DNA of 64,000 nucleotides from Escherichia coli (GTDB lineage Bacteria; Pseudomonadota; Gammaproteobacteria; Enterobacterales; Enterobacteriaceae): NCBI RefSeq assembly GCF_001677475.2, contig NZ_CP015229.1; one strand, 5' to 3'. Shown piece by piece: positions 24,028 to 32,979 of this stretch (position 1 is its first letter; each line of letters starts with the position of its first letter). The notes under the pieces were generated by a model. It saw only the letters and a program-made list of their open reading frames with translations, ran no database searches and was not told where the DNA came from. The position numbers and the translations under genes were made by a program.

Positions 24028-24819
24028 ATGTGTGATATGAGCTTTTCTATTGAAGATTTTTCATTAGATTTTTTTTCATTACATAACAAGGTGGCCATCG
24101 TAACTGGGGCCGCGGGTGAACTGGGGAGAGGCTTATGCTCGGCTCTGGCCAAAGCAGGGGCTAATCTGTTGTTGGTAGACATCAAAGAGACTGATAATAA
24201 ATATTTAAAGCATTTAACTCATGAAGGCGTTGAAGTTGAGTTTATGACAATAGACATAACAAAACCTGATGCAGCATGCACAATTATTAATAGGTGTCTG
24301 GAGCGTTTCGGTCAGTTAGATATTCTGGTCAATAACGCGGGCGTGTGTAACATTAATCGTCCTATCGATTTCAATCGAAACGACTGGGATCCGATGATTA
24401 ATCTCAACCTGAATGCTGCATTCGATATGAGCCAGGCCGCATTGAATATATTTGTCCCGCAAAGAAAAGGGAAAATTATTAATATGTGTTCCGTATTGTC
24501 ATTTCATGGGGGACGTTGGTCGCCAGGGTATGCGGCGACTAAACATGCTTTAGCGGGGCTGACCAAAGCGTATGCCGATGATTTTGCGGAATATAATATT
24601 CAGATTAATGGTATCGCCCCAGGATATTATGTGAGTGAAATGACCGCTATTATTTATAATAACCCTAAAATAAAAGAGTTAATAAAAGGGCGTATACCGG
24701 CTCAACGCTGGGGAAGGGCACAGGATCTTATGGGCGCAATGGTGTTCCTCGCCAGTGCCGCTTCAGATTATGTCAATGGACAACTATTAGTCATTGATGG
24801 TGGATATTCAATTCGTTAA
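24028..24819 (+). CDS. SDR-family oxidoreductase (gluconate 5-dehydrogenase/KduD-like)
   Basis: Rossmann motif VTGAAGELG, NNAG, and catalytic YAATK pattern of short-chain dehydrogenases. Confidence 0.8.
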   Translation: MCDMSFSIEDFSLDFFSLHNKVAIVTGAAGELGRGLCSALAKAGANLLLVDIKETDNKYLKHLTHEGVEVEFMTIDITKPDAACTIINRCLERFGQLDILVNNAGVCNINRPIDFNRNDWDPMINLNLNAAFDMSQAALNIFVPQRKGKIINMCSVLSFHGGRWSPGYAATKHALAGLTKAYADDFAEYNIQINGIAPGYYVSEMTAIIYNNPKIKELIKGRIPAQRWGRAQDLMGAMVFLASAASDYVNGQLLVIDGGYSIR

Positions 24820-24964
24820 CGATTTTTGGCTGCGTTGAGGTGTTTTGACTGGAAAATGGAGTGGAGAGATTTTGTCATTTCTCCACTTCCGGTACTTCAG
24901 GTGGGTATAGTGGTTATTCGTTAGCGTTGAACCATCGCGATGAGTTTACATACCACTCAGAGCA

Positions 24965-25654
24965 TTATTGCGCTAATTGTTGCTTTATCTGTGCACCATT
25001 ATCATCGAGATATGTCGCAGTAACGATCCCATTAACGTTATTACTTGCTAACCAGTACCGTCGTTGACTGAAGGGTTTTATCATCATATCGCTTTCTTGC
25101 TGTACCTTCGTAGCCCCAATGCTGATGGAAGTGAAAGAGATATTCAGTGGTGTTGGGTTATTAAGCTCAATATAGCTACTGCTGCCGTCGTTACCCAGAT
25201 GCCAACTTATTTTACGCATAGCTTCTTCAGGCGTCATAGTTACAGATTTAGGCCTGTAAAAGATTTTAAGTTGCGTATTCATTGCCAGCGTTAAATGTGT
25301 GGGATCTTGATGGGGAGTTTCTGGCGGCATTTCATAAAGATTTAACCAGAATGCAGATTCGCGATCCTGGGGAAGTGGGTCATGATTATAGATTATCCGC
25401 AATCCTTGTGTTCGTCTCGCAGCCAGGCGGAAAACCGGTGGCAGCACCACAAAGGGGGGAGAAGCAGCTTCTGGGGAACCTTCACCATTATCTACCCAAC
25501 TTTGCACCAGTACCGGATAGTCATTGGTATTGACCAGCATCAGTGTCTTTTCCCGATCGCCATCGCGATAAATCATCCGTGAAGAAGACGGCATGATGCC
25601 GGCTTCCACTGACTGTACGAACAAGACGGTTAAGAGCAGTAAAACGGATTTCAT
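24965..25654 (-). CDS. Fimbrial periplasmic chaperone (PapD-like), second chaperone of the operon
   Basis: 229-aa ORF with signal peptide and PapD-like N-terminal domain pattern (RMIYRDGDREKTLMLVN). Confidence 0.75.
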   Translation of the reverse strand: MKSVLLLLTVLFVQSVEAGIMPSSSRMIYRDGDREKTLMLVNTNDYPVLVQSWVDNGEGSPEAASPPFVVLPPVFRLAARRTQGLRIIYNHDPLPQDRESAFWLNLYEMPPETPHQDPTHLTLAMNTQLKIFYRPKSVTMTPEEAMRKISWHLGNDGSSSYIELNNPTPLNISFTSISIGATKVQQESDMMIKPFSQRRYWLASNNVNGIVTATYLDDNGAQIKQQLAQ

Positions 25655-26985
25655 TGCATTTTCACCAATATATAAGCCGTTGCCCGCACTTTTCCCGCAC
25701 TGACTGTCTGATTTGGCAGTTTCTTCAACCGGGCGATAAAAGAGTAACTATAGCTGGAGTATCCGGGGTGAGTCGCACCTTCTAATGTTGCCCCTTCAAA
25801 TACAGGATACCACCCCGCTGCATTTCCTCCGGGGGTTAACTTCGCGATGCCCGGTTGACCAACCAGCGTCATCGCCGTATCGGGGTGAGCACTGTTAGAA
25901 ATATAGATCCCAACGCCTTTTGCCATCTCTGCTGCGTCATAATTATCAGAGACCAGGGCGCTGACGCCGCCGTTGCTATTGATAATCCCCAGTTTTTGCG
26001 CCGTTGTATATGCACCTTCAGACACCTGGATTCCTAATGCTGTCTGAGTATCGCTAATCCCTGATTGAACCGAGTTACTACACTCGACGCGGACATTAAA
26101 ATTAGCGGTACTTTCCATGCCCGCATTCAGTTGTGATTCTGCAATTGTCGGCAGCAATACTAACGGCGTGGCGCTGCGGGCAACGCAGGTGGCATTGTTG
26201 TAGAGTCGATTTGCCGATCGCATTCCGTAACCAAAACCATTATCAACACCCCAAAAATCATAGTGATCCGCACTGTCCTCTCCCACTTCATCATGAGCAA
26301 ATGGAATACCACTGGTACCGGAAAGCTGAATATAGGCATTAGGCTGAGTGCAGTTATAAGGCGTGCCGGAGGGTTTAGCATACCCCACACCGTCGCCATC
26401 AGTATTGGTATTACCGCAGTAACTGGTTGCGCCAGCGGTATCAGGCAGCGTACTAATACGATAAAGTTCAGCATGAAGAGGAGGGATATCCTGTAAGCGG
26501 ATCTGGATTTTAGTACCCTGAGTGGCATAACTGGTGATGGGCACTTTCTTCCAGTAACGACCAATCGTCACGCCCGCCATGGTCTGCTTGAGACCGACAA
26601 AAGCAAACCAGGTGGCATAGACATCACTCAGACCATCAGGCCCGCCTGCATTGTGAAAGCCACCCACGCGGTCATCGCCATTGGTAGCGACCAGAAAATA
26701 GATGTTTGGCAAATCTGTTGCGTCACATTCCCACAGTACGGAGCTTCCTGACGCGCCACCTGATGTGTAGTTAGTGGAAGGGACGACCGTTGTCGCGAGT
26801 AGCGAGCCTACTGGCGCAAAATAGGTGTCGGTCATATTAATTTTTCCGAACTCAATGAGTGCCGATCTTCCGTCCTCCGTTTGTCCGACACGTGTATTAG
26901 AACAAGTGGCCCAGGCGGATGATTGTATTAGTGCCACCAATATGATGGAGCTAATCAGAATGTGTAAAAAAGTTGATTTAGACAT
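25651..26985 (-). CDS. Putative fimbrial tip adhesin (two-domain fimbrial protein)
   Basis: 444-aa secreted protein downstream of the usher, ending in a fimbrial-subunit-like C-terminal strand (ATAYILVKMQ); size fits lectin plus pilin domains. Confidence 0.6.
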   Translation of the reverse strand: MSKSTFLHILISSIILVALIQSSAWATCSNTRVGQTEDGRSALIEFGKINMTDTYFAPVGSLLATTVVPSTNYTSGGASGSSVLWECDATDLPNIYFLVATNGDDRVGGFHNAGGPDGLSDVYATWFAFVGLKQTMAGVTIGRYWKKVPITSYATQGTKIQIRLQDIPPLHAELYRISTLPDTAGATSYCGNTNTDGDGVGYAKPSGTPYNCTQPNAYIQLSGTSGIPFAHDEVGEDSADHYDFWGVDNGFGYGMRSANRLYNNATCVARSATPLVLLPTIAESQLNAGMESTANFNVRVECSNSVQSGISDTQTALGIQVSEGAYTTAQKLGIINSNGGVSALVSDNYDAAEMAKGVGIYISNSAHPDTAMTLVGQPGIAKLTPGGNAAGWYPVFEGATLEGATHPGYSSYSYSFIARLKKLPNQTVSAGKVRATAYILVKMQ

Positions 26986-27000
26986 CAGGTTTTCTCTGTA

Positions 27001-29523
27001 TCAAGACTGACAGGTTTCATTCAGGCGGATGATAGGGCTATTGCTGTCTTTCCCGCTGATATCGAAGGGCAACTGGCAACTATCGTTAGCGCCTTCACCC
27101 CAGCGAACAGACAAGTGGCCTTTTGTCTGTTCTGTGCGGAGGTAAATTTGCCCCCCCTGACCGGCTATACCGATAACCGTATTATTCTCATCCAGCACAT
27201 CGGCTCCCATTGGCAGTTCCGAACCATCTGCCATGCGGGATTTAATCAGCAGCGCTTTACCAGGACGGGTACGGAAGACAACTTTCACCGCCGCACCCGC
27301 AACCGGTGCTACCTGTTTTTCACTGTCGACCAGCTCGGCATCGCCATCCATTCCTTGTGGATCGAGAGATATACGGTTGTAGCGATAGGGCGTTACTGCC
27401 GGAACAAGCGCATAACCACTGTCATTAATTTCCAGCTGACTGGAGTTATAGACTTTTGCACCTTCTGCGCCTTTTGCTTCGACCAGGGCGAACGTTTCAC
27501 CCAGATAAGGTCCGAAAGTGACGCCGCCGCCATGTACGGCCATCGCGCCTTGTACGTTTCCGGAAGCCTGCCAGTAATCCTGGCCCTTCGATGCGTTCAA
27601 TCCGACGGTAGTTTGTGAAAAACGTTTTTGCATATTTCCGCTAAGCGTCGTCTGCTTATATTGTTGATCGCGCATGACGTTCAGGCTGTAGTTGGTGGTC
27701 TGTGCTTCATCAAGCATTCCGGTTAGCGAGCTTTGTAATTGCGAGCTACCGTCAGTTGAATGGGTCCAGCTGTTGCTAAGACTTGGTACACGAGGTCCAT
27801 TGCCGCCAAGTGGGAATGAGAATGAAAGGGACGTTACCGTCTGCATATCATCAGAATTGTCTTTATAGCCGCCCATTCTTTGGCGTCCGACGGAAAGGTT
27901 CATACTGATGCCATGGCTAAAGCTATTGCTGTAACCTAACTGAAGCTGTGTATCACGGCTCTTGCCGCCACGGTAGTTCTGTGTTGAACCTGACACAAAC
28001 AGGTTGCCGTAATTCGCAAGGCTCTGACTTAACGTAAGATCGAAGCGCGACTGTTGACGCCACTGGCTGGAGTCCCATGACTGTTTATTGCTGGCAGCAT
28101 GACGTTCTCCCAACACATCAGCCAGATCACGATAGCCGCTGGTAGAGTATCGATAACCTGCCAGGGAGACAGTGGTTGATGTGGGCTGGAAAGTTTTACT
28201 CCAGGTTAATTGCGACATCCAACCACTCTGCGCTTCGCTTTCAGGAACACGCGCATGGGACCAAGTGAGGTTTGCCCCAAATGCCCCCAGCGTACTGCCA
28301 TAGACTCCGCCAAGCATCAGCGCCTGGTAGCCATCAGCGATACGCGAGCCACTGTTAAATGTCAGCGTGTTAGTCATCCCGTGCTGCCAGGTGAGGTCAC
28401 CAAACATCGAGTCATCACCGCTATCCTGCGTTTTACCTACTTCCACGTTATAACGGGAAGTTCCTGGACGCATCGATTCTGGTACGGCTGAAAAGGGGAC
28501 ACTGAAACGACTGACTGCGCCATTTGCTTCCGTAACGGTGACATCCAGATCGCCGCTGTAACTGGTGGGGTATAGGTCGTTTATCTCGAAAGGGCCTGGA
28601 GCCACGGTGGTCTGATAAATTTCATGACCGTTTTGCATTACCGAGACTCTGGCGTTTGTTGCGGCCACGCCGCGAATAGTCGGCGCATAGCCGCGCATGG
28701 AGTCCGGCAGCATACGTTCATCGGTCGCGAGACTAACGCCGTGATAACTGAGTCCAGAGAAAAATCTTCCGCTGGTGATAAGCTGCCCCATCATTAACTG
28801 GCTATTTATGGCGGGCAGCGGGCGTTGCAAATAGCTACGAATATTGTTCCACTGATTCCCTTTGTCATTATCCCAGGTCATGTTGGATAACTGACGATAT
28901 TGCCAGGCACCAAGGTTGATGCCACCATTAAATGATGCCCATAGCGAACGCTGGCTATGAGCATTCTGCCCTGAATAAGCAACGTTATAATAGTTGGCAA
29001 TATAATTCATGAACGCCAGCGATGCTCCGGTATCAAGTTCGCTGGGAGGGACATAGCCGCGAGGGCGACTAATCATTTGACTCTGAGGCACCGACAAGTC
29101 AAGGCGCAGTTGTGACAACTGTGTCTGGCTGGTGATGCCGGGAGCGAGTTCCTGAGCAAAGGTACAGACCGGCTCTTTTTCACCCTTATCTTCCCCTGTT
29201 TTGAGGCCTATCGCGTCCGCGACTTCAGGCGTCAGGCAGGGCAGAACGCGACCATCAGCGGCTTCTTTAAACGCGACATTCCAACTACCTGACAACTTAT
29301 TGTTGGTGTAGATATCCATTTTATAATTGCCCGGTGCAACAGACTCACGAGTTGTCAGTTTTGCCAATGACGACTGACTAAATCTGCTGCCGCGAAAGAG
29401 TTGCGGGTCAAAGGTGTAGTTGTCTTCATCTGACGGTGTAGCGGGTGAGATTTCTTGCCCCATAACCGGCTGGCAGAGTAAAACCAATATTGCCGCAGAA
29501 ATTGACACAACGGATTTATTCAT
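27001..29523 (-). CDS. Fimbrial outer-membrane usher
   Basis: 840-aa ORF with signal peptide; size and position between chaperone and adhesin typical of FimD/PapC ushers. Confidence 0.88.
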   Translation of the reverse strand: MNKSVVSISAAILVLLCQPVMGQEISPATPSDEDNYTFDPQLFRGSRFSQSSLAKLTTRESVAPGNYKMDIYTNNKLSGSWNVAFKEAADGRVLPCLTPEVADAIGLKTGEDKGEKEPVCTFAQELAPGITSQTQLSQLRLDLSVPQSQMISRPRGYVPPSELDTGASLAFMNYIANYYNVAYSGQNAHSQRSLWASFNGGINLGAWQYRQLSNMTWDNDKGNQWNNIRSYLQRPLPAINSQLMMGQLITSGRFFSGLSYHGVSLATDERMLPDSMRGYAPTIRGVAATNARVSVMQNGHEIYQTTVAPGPFEINDLYPTSYSGDLDVTVTEANGAVSRFSVPFSAVPESMRPGTSRYNVEVGKTQDSGDDSMFGDLTWQHGMTNTLTFNSGSRIADGYQALMLGGVYGSTLGAFGANLTWSHARVPESEAQSGWMSQLTWSKTFQPTSTTVSLAGYRYSTSGYRDLADVLGERHAASNKQSWDSSQWRQQSRFDLTLSQSLANYGNLFVSGSTQNYRGGKSRDTQLQLGYSNSFSHGISMNLSVGRQRMGGYKDNSDDMQTVTSLSFSFPLGGNGPRVPSLSNSWTHSTDGSSQLQSSLTGMLDEAQTTNYSLNVMRDQQYKQTTLSGNMQKRFSQTTVGLNASKGQDYWQASGNVQGAMAVHGGGVTFGPYLGETFALVEAKGAEGAKVYNSSQLEINDSGYALVPAVTPYRYNRISLDPQGMDGDAELVDSEKQVAPVAGAAVKVVFRTRPGKALLIKSRMADGSELPMGADVLDENNTVIGIAGQGGQIYLRTEQTKGHLSVRWGEGANDSCQLPFDISGKDSNSPIIRLNETCQS

Positions 29524-29575
29524 CTCGACATACTCGTGCGTGAAAAAGGATACCGCTCAAAAAAGGGGAAAGAGG

Positions 29576-30298
29576 TTATAAGGCATGCTCAGACGTGACA
29601 TTTACGCCATAGTCATTGACGGTCACTAAATGAATCTGCGTACCGGGAGCGACGCTGATGCCAGAGCGTAGTGTCCATTCAGTTGTGCTTTGAGGTGCAA
29701 TCATGACGGAATTCGCGAGGGGGATTTTTTTACCGTTATTAAGCAGTTCAGCGGCGCGAATCACGACGTAATAGCCCGTGGGATTCGTCACTTCAATGCG
29801 GTTCTGTTTTACCTGGTAAGTCAGGTTTTTTGGCGCGTCACTGGATTTACCGACAATCGAGCTGGGACGATAGAAAATTTTGACTCGATTAGTCAGGGCC
29901 AGGATGAGCTGGTTCTGGCTTTTATCATTCTTATTCAGATAAGGTAGTTGACTGAAACTAAACCAGAAAACAGACTCGCGATCCTGCGGTAAATTATCAC
30001 CAGTGTAGAGCAGGCGTAATGCCTGACCTGCGGCAGCTTCCATGCGAAATGTCTGCGGGGTTGGCATAAACGGTACATTCTTGTCAGAACCACGTTCATC
30101 CTCAACATGGATATTAATGATATAGGGCTGATCGCTGGTATTTCGCAACTGGATAGTTTTTTCCTTTGCGTCACCAGGGAAAATAATACGGGTTCCGGTC
30201 ATTACCACGCTGGCAAACGCGCTGCTGCTCATGCTCATGGAAAATACAAGTACCAGTAAATATGCAAAAATGTTCATTCTTATCTTTTCCATGTCCAT
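29576..30298 (-). CDS. Fimbrial periplasmic chaperone (PapD-like)
   Basis: 240-aa ORF with signal peptide and chaperone pattern (TRIIFPGDAKEKTIQLRN, DRESVFWF). Confidence 0.85.
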   Translation of the reverse strand: MDMEKIRMNIFAYLLVLVFSMSMSSSAFASVVMTGTRIIFPGDAKEKTIQLRNTSDQPYIINIHVEDERGSDKNVPFMPTPQTFRMEAAAGQALRLLYTGDNLPQDRESVFWFSFSQLPYLNKNDKSQNQLILALTNRVKIFYRPSSIVGKSSDAPKNLTYQVKQNRIEVTNPTGYYVVIRAAELLNNGKKIPLANSVMIAPQSTTEWTLRSGISVAPGTQIHLVTVNDYGVNVTSEHAL

Positions 30299-30362
30299 GA
30301 AAAATCACTATTAATTGTGTGAGGAAATACTGGCTGACATTTACTGCCAGCCAGTAGATTAA

Positions 30363-30923
30363 TTAGAGGTAGCTCAGGGTGTATTCTGCGACAGCGGTAA
30401 TTTTACCGGCAGTGGCAGCTGCGCTATCGATAACGAAGTAACGCGCACCGAAGTCGTAGCTGGCTTCAGTATCGCCAACTTTCAGTGTCAAACCCGGTAC
30501 GTTAGTCGCGCCAGCCAGAGTTACTGGGTTACCAGAAGTGCTGGAATCCATTAACTGAATGCCAAAGCCTTTCGCCGCATCGCTGCTGGTATCACGGTTT
30601 CCCATAACACCCGTGCTAGCGTCAACGTCGTAGCCCAGGAAGGTGGTGTTGATTGCCTGATCTGCACCAGTCGGAGCCTGGCAGTTAGACACAGAAACCG
30701 TAAACGGCGTCTGGCCTGCGCTCTGGCCATCAGCTAAAGTTGCACCGAAGTCAGCCATGGCTACGGTCGGCAGCAATACTACTGAATTGGTTTGACCGTT
30801 GATATTTACGGAACAGGTCTGATCGGTTACTTCACCCTGAAAAGTGACTGTCGGTGCAGCCATGGTAGAAAAAGGTAATGCGATAGCTGCCAGCAGAGCT
30901 GCTTTTTTGAAAGTAGAAAACAT
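30363..30923 (-). CDS. Major fimbrial subunit
   Basis: 186-aa ORF with signal peptide, conserved Cys pair, and C-terminal donor-strand-like EYTLSYL. Confidence 0.8.
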   Translation of the reverse strand: MFSTFKKAALLAAIALPFSTMAAPTVTFQGEVTDQTCSVNINGQTNSVVLLPTVAMADFGATLADGQSAGQTPFTVSVSNCQAPTGADQAINTTFLGYDVDASTGVMGNRDTSSDAAKGFGIQLMDSSTSGNPVTLAGATNVPGLTLKVGDTEASYDFGARYFVIDSAAATAGKITAVAEYTLSYL

Positions 30924-30965
30924 ATTAATATCCTTGAAATTTAGAGTTAATATAGAACGAGATAA

Positions 30966-31589
30966 TTAATGCAATTGATACAATCTGACGTTTTTAAAAC
31001 CGGTAAATCTCCTTAACTGTATAAGTGCCTTGAAAATGTAAAAGCCATCACTATCACAAGCAATTTCAAACTTGTTGAAAACCGATATTTTATAGTGACT
31101 AATGTACTTGACATCCTTTTTTAGCAGGGTGTGCAATATTCTTTTGTTATCTATCTTAAAATATAAGTAATAGATATCCCACTCATACCTTGTCAGAGTC
31201 ACCTGCCTGATTTGCTGGTCTTTATCAGTACTTTTAATCAAAGTAATGAGTTTATTCAATTTTATATATCGGCTAATGAATGTTTGCTCTGAAAGTGAAA
31301 AGAAGATATTTCTGTTTTTCATCTTTCTTAGTGAAACAATCATTAAAAACCTGGCCAAATCTGGCAGTTTTGCAAGTATACTTACGTCATCCACTGCGAC
31401 AAGAAGTACGTTTTTGGTAAAGCGGTTATCAAATCTAAGTGTACTTAGGTCATTATTACATGCATTTTGAGAACAAAAAAAACACTCAATAAAAAAACGA
31501 TAATGGTGACCTAGTTTTGCACTTAATCCCTGAAGGTAATATAGATCATCCGAAATGATAATTACCCTTGTTAGTAAGTTCTTGTTCAT
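30966..31589 (-). CDS. Putative LuxR-type fimbrial regulator (MatA/EcpR-like position), AT-rich
   Basis: 207-aa ORF upstream of the major subunit; C-terminus weakly resembles a LuxR HTH (LTRYEWDI...ISHYKISVFNKF); low-GC codon usage makes the call uncertain. Confidence 0.4.
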   Translation of the reverse strand: MNKNLLTRVIIISDDLYYLQGLSAKLGHHYRFFIECFFCSQNACNNDLSTLRFDNRFTKNVLLVAVDDVSILAKLPDLARFLMIVSLRKMKNRNIFFSLSEQTFISRYIKLNKLITLIKSTDKDQQIRQVTLTRYEWDIYYLYFKIDNKRILHTLLKKDVKYISHYKISVFNKFEIACDSDGFYIFKALIQLRRFTGFKNVRLYQLH

Positions 31590-32665
31590 TGCACTAACTC
31601 AATTGCTTGCAGCAAAACAGCCCATCTTCATGGAGTAAAAATTTTGAAAGTGAAAAATTTCTTACTAAAGATGTAATAATGGGCTTTCCATATGCGACAT
31701 AACAACTGCAGTAACACAACTAATCTTTATGTGTTCTTTATATAGAGAGTAACAGCGTGATATCTGTATCTCTAAAAGAATAGCGATGTCCTGCAATCGA
31801 TGAGCACAATATATGACATTCATCACATGTATAACAATTGAATTTACATTCATACTGGTGTTAATCGGTAATATAGTAATTTAATTCTTACCGAAAGATG
31901 ATGAGCAGAGTTTTATTCTGAATATGGTTGTTTTTTGCGGTCTGCTCAGGTTGGAGATGCTACATAATGGCTTCATCTATTACTTTTTATGTCAAAAAAG
32001 CCATTTTTATAAGAATAAAACAACGATATTTAAGAGTGCTGGCAGCGGAGAAAAGGGTTAATACAGTCATTTAAGATTACTTCAGCTTTTCCTGTGGTGA
32101 AAAATGAGAGGAATTGTAGCGCAATCTGTAAAAACAATTTCTCTTAACTAATAAAAAATCGCTAATAATCATTGTGTTAGATTGATTTGTTGCATAATAA
32201 TAACAATATTATTAAAATCATTACAATCTTTAATTTAGAATAACATTTTTATGAAGGCCAGAGTACGTTAAGGGATGATGTATAGCGGTGATTGCTATTA
32301 GATGGGAATGCAACCTTGTAAAACCGTTTTGCCCTTCTTTCTCCCTTTCAACGATAAGCCAGACATAATGTGGCTGCTTAAGCCAATTGTCGCAAAGCCA
32401 AAGATCTCTCTATATAGCTAACCTCACGGTTAATCCGATTTCAGTATTACCGTGAGCAAGAACTATTTCCTTTTATATAACTCTTAAGGGTTACAAGCGT
32501 GAATGCAAATGGTAATATAATGAAATGGTGCCTGCCCGTAATGACCATAACGAATCTACCCCGACGTAAAAGATATAGAGAATAAGATGCAGTAATGCTG
32601 ATGCTTTGTTAATCAAATAACAAGATTTAAATTAATCGTAACTCATCAACGTTGTTGTTTTATTC

Positions 32666-32716
32666 GGATGTCTGAAATGATGTTGTACAGAAAACTACAT
32701 ATCATTTCAGACATCC
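32666..32716. repeat. Perfect 16-bp inverted repeat (GGATGTCTGAAATGAT-N19-ATCATTTCAGACATCC) upstream of tpsA
   Basis: Read directly: arms at 32666-32681 and 32701-32716 are exact reverse complements. Confidence 0.8.
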
Positions 32717-32979
32717 TCTAAATTGGATTTTTTTCACCCAAGGAGGAAGGAGGGGGGGACTTTTAAATTATTGTGTTTTAGTAAGTTAGGTACTTCGCCG
32801 TTCGATGAAAAAACAATAACTCTTAGTTGTTTTTTTGAGTCCTTATTTCAGCTTATTTTCCGTGATTTTTTATTGCGCCAGGTGATAGGATTTGCCGCAA
32901 TCATTTTTGCTGATATTCCGTGAGTCATCAAAAGTGATCTGCATGTCCAAAATGAATAGCATCAATAAGGAAAACGTTA

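Noticed and set aside
32723-32923. 66-aa ORF upstream of tpsA spanning the G7 tract
   Set aside because: No convincing ribosome-binding context or recognisable motif; more likely part of the tpsA leader/promoter region.
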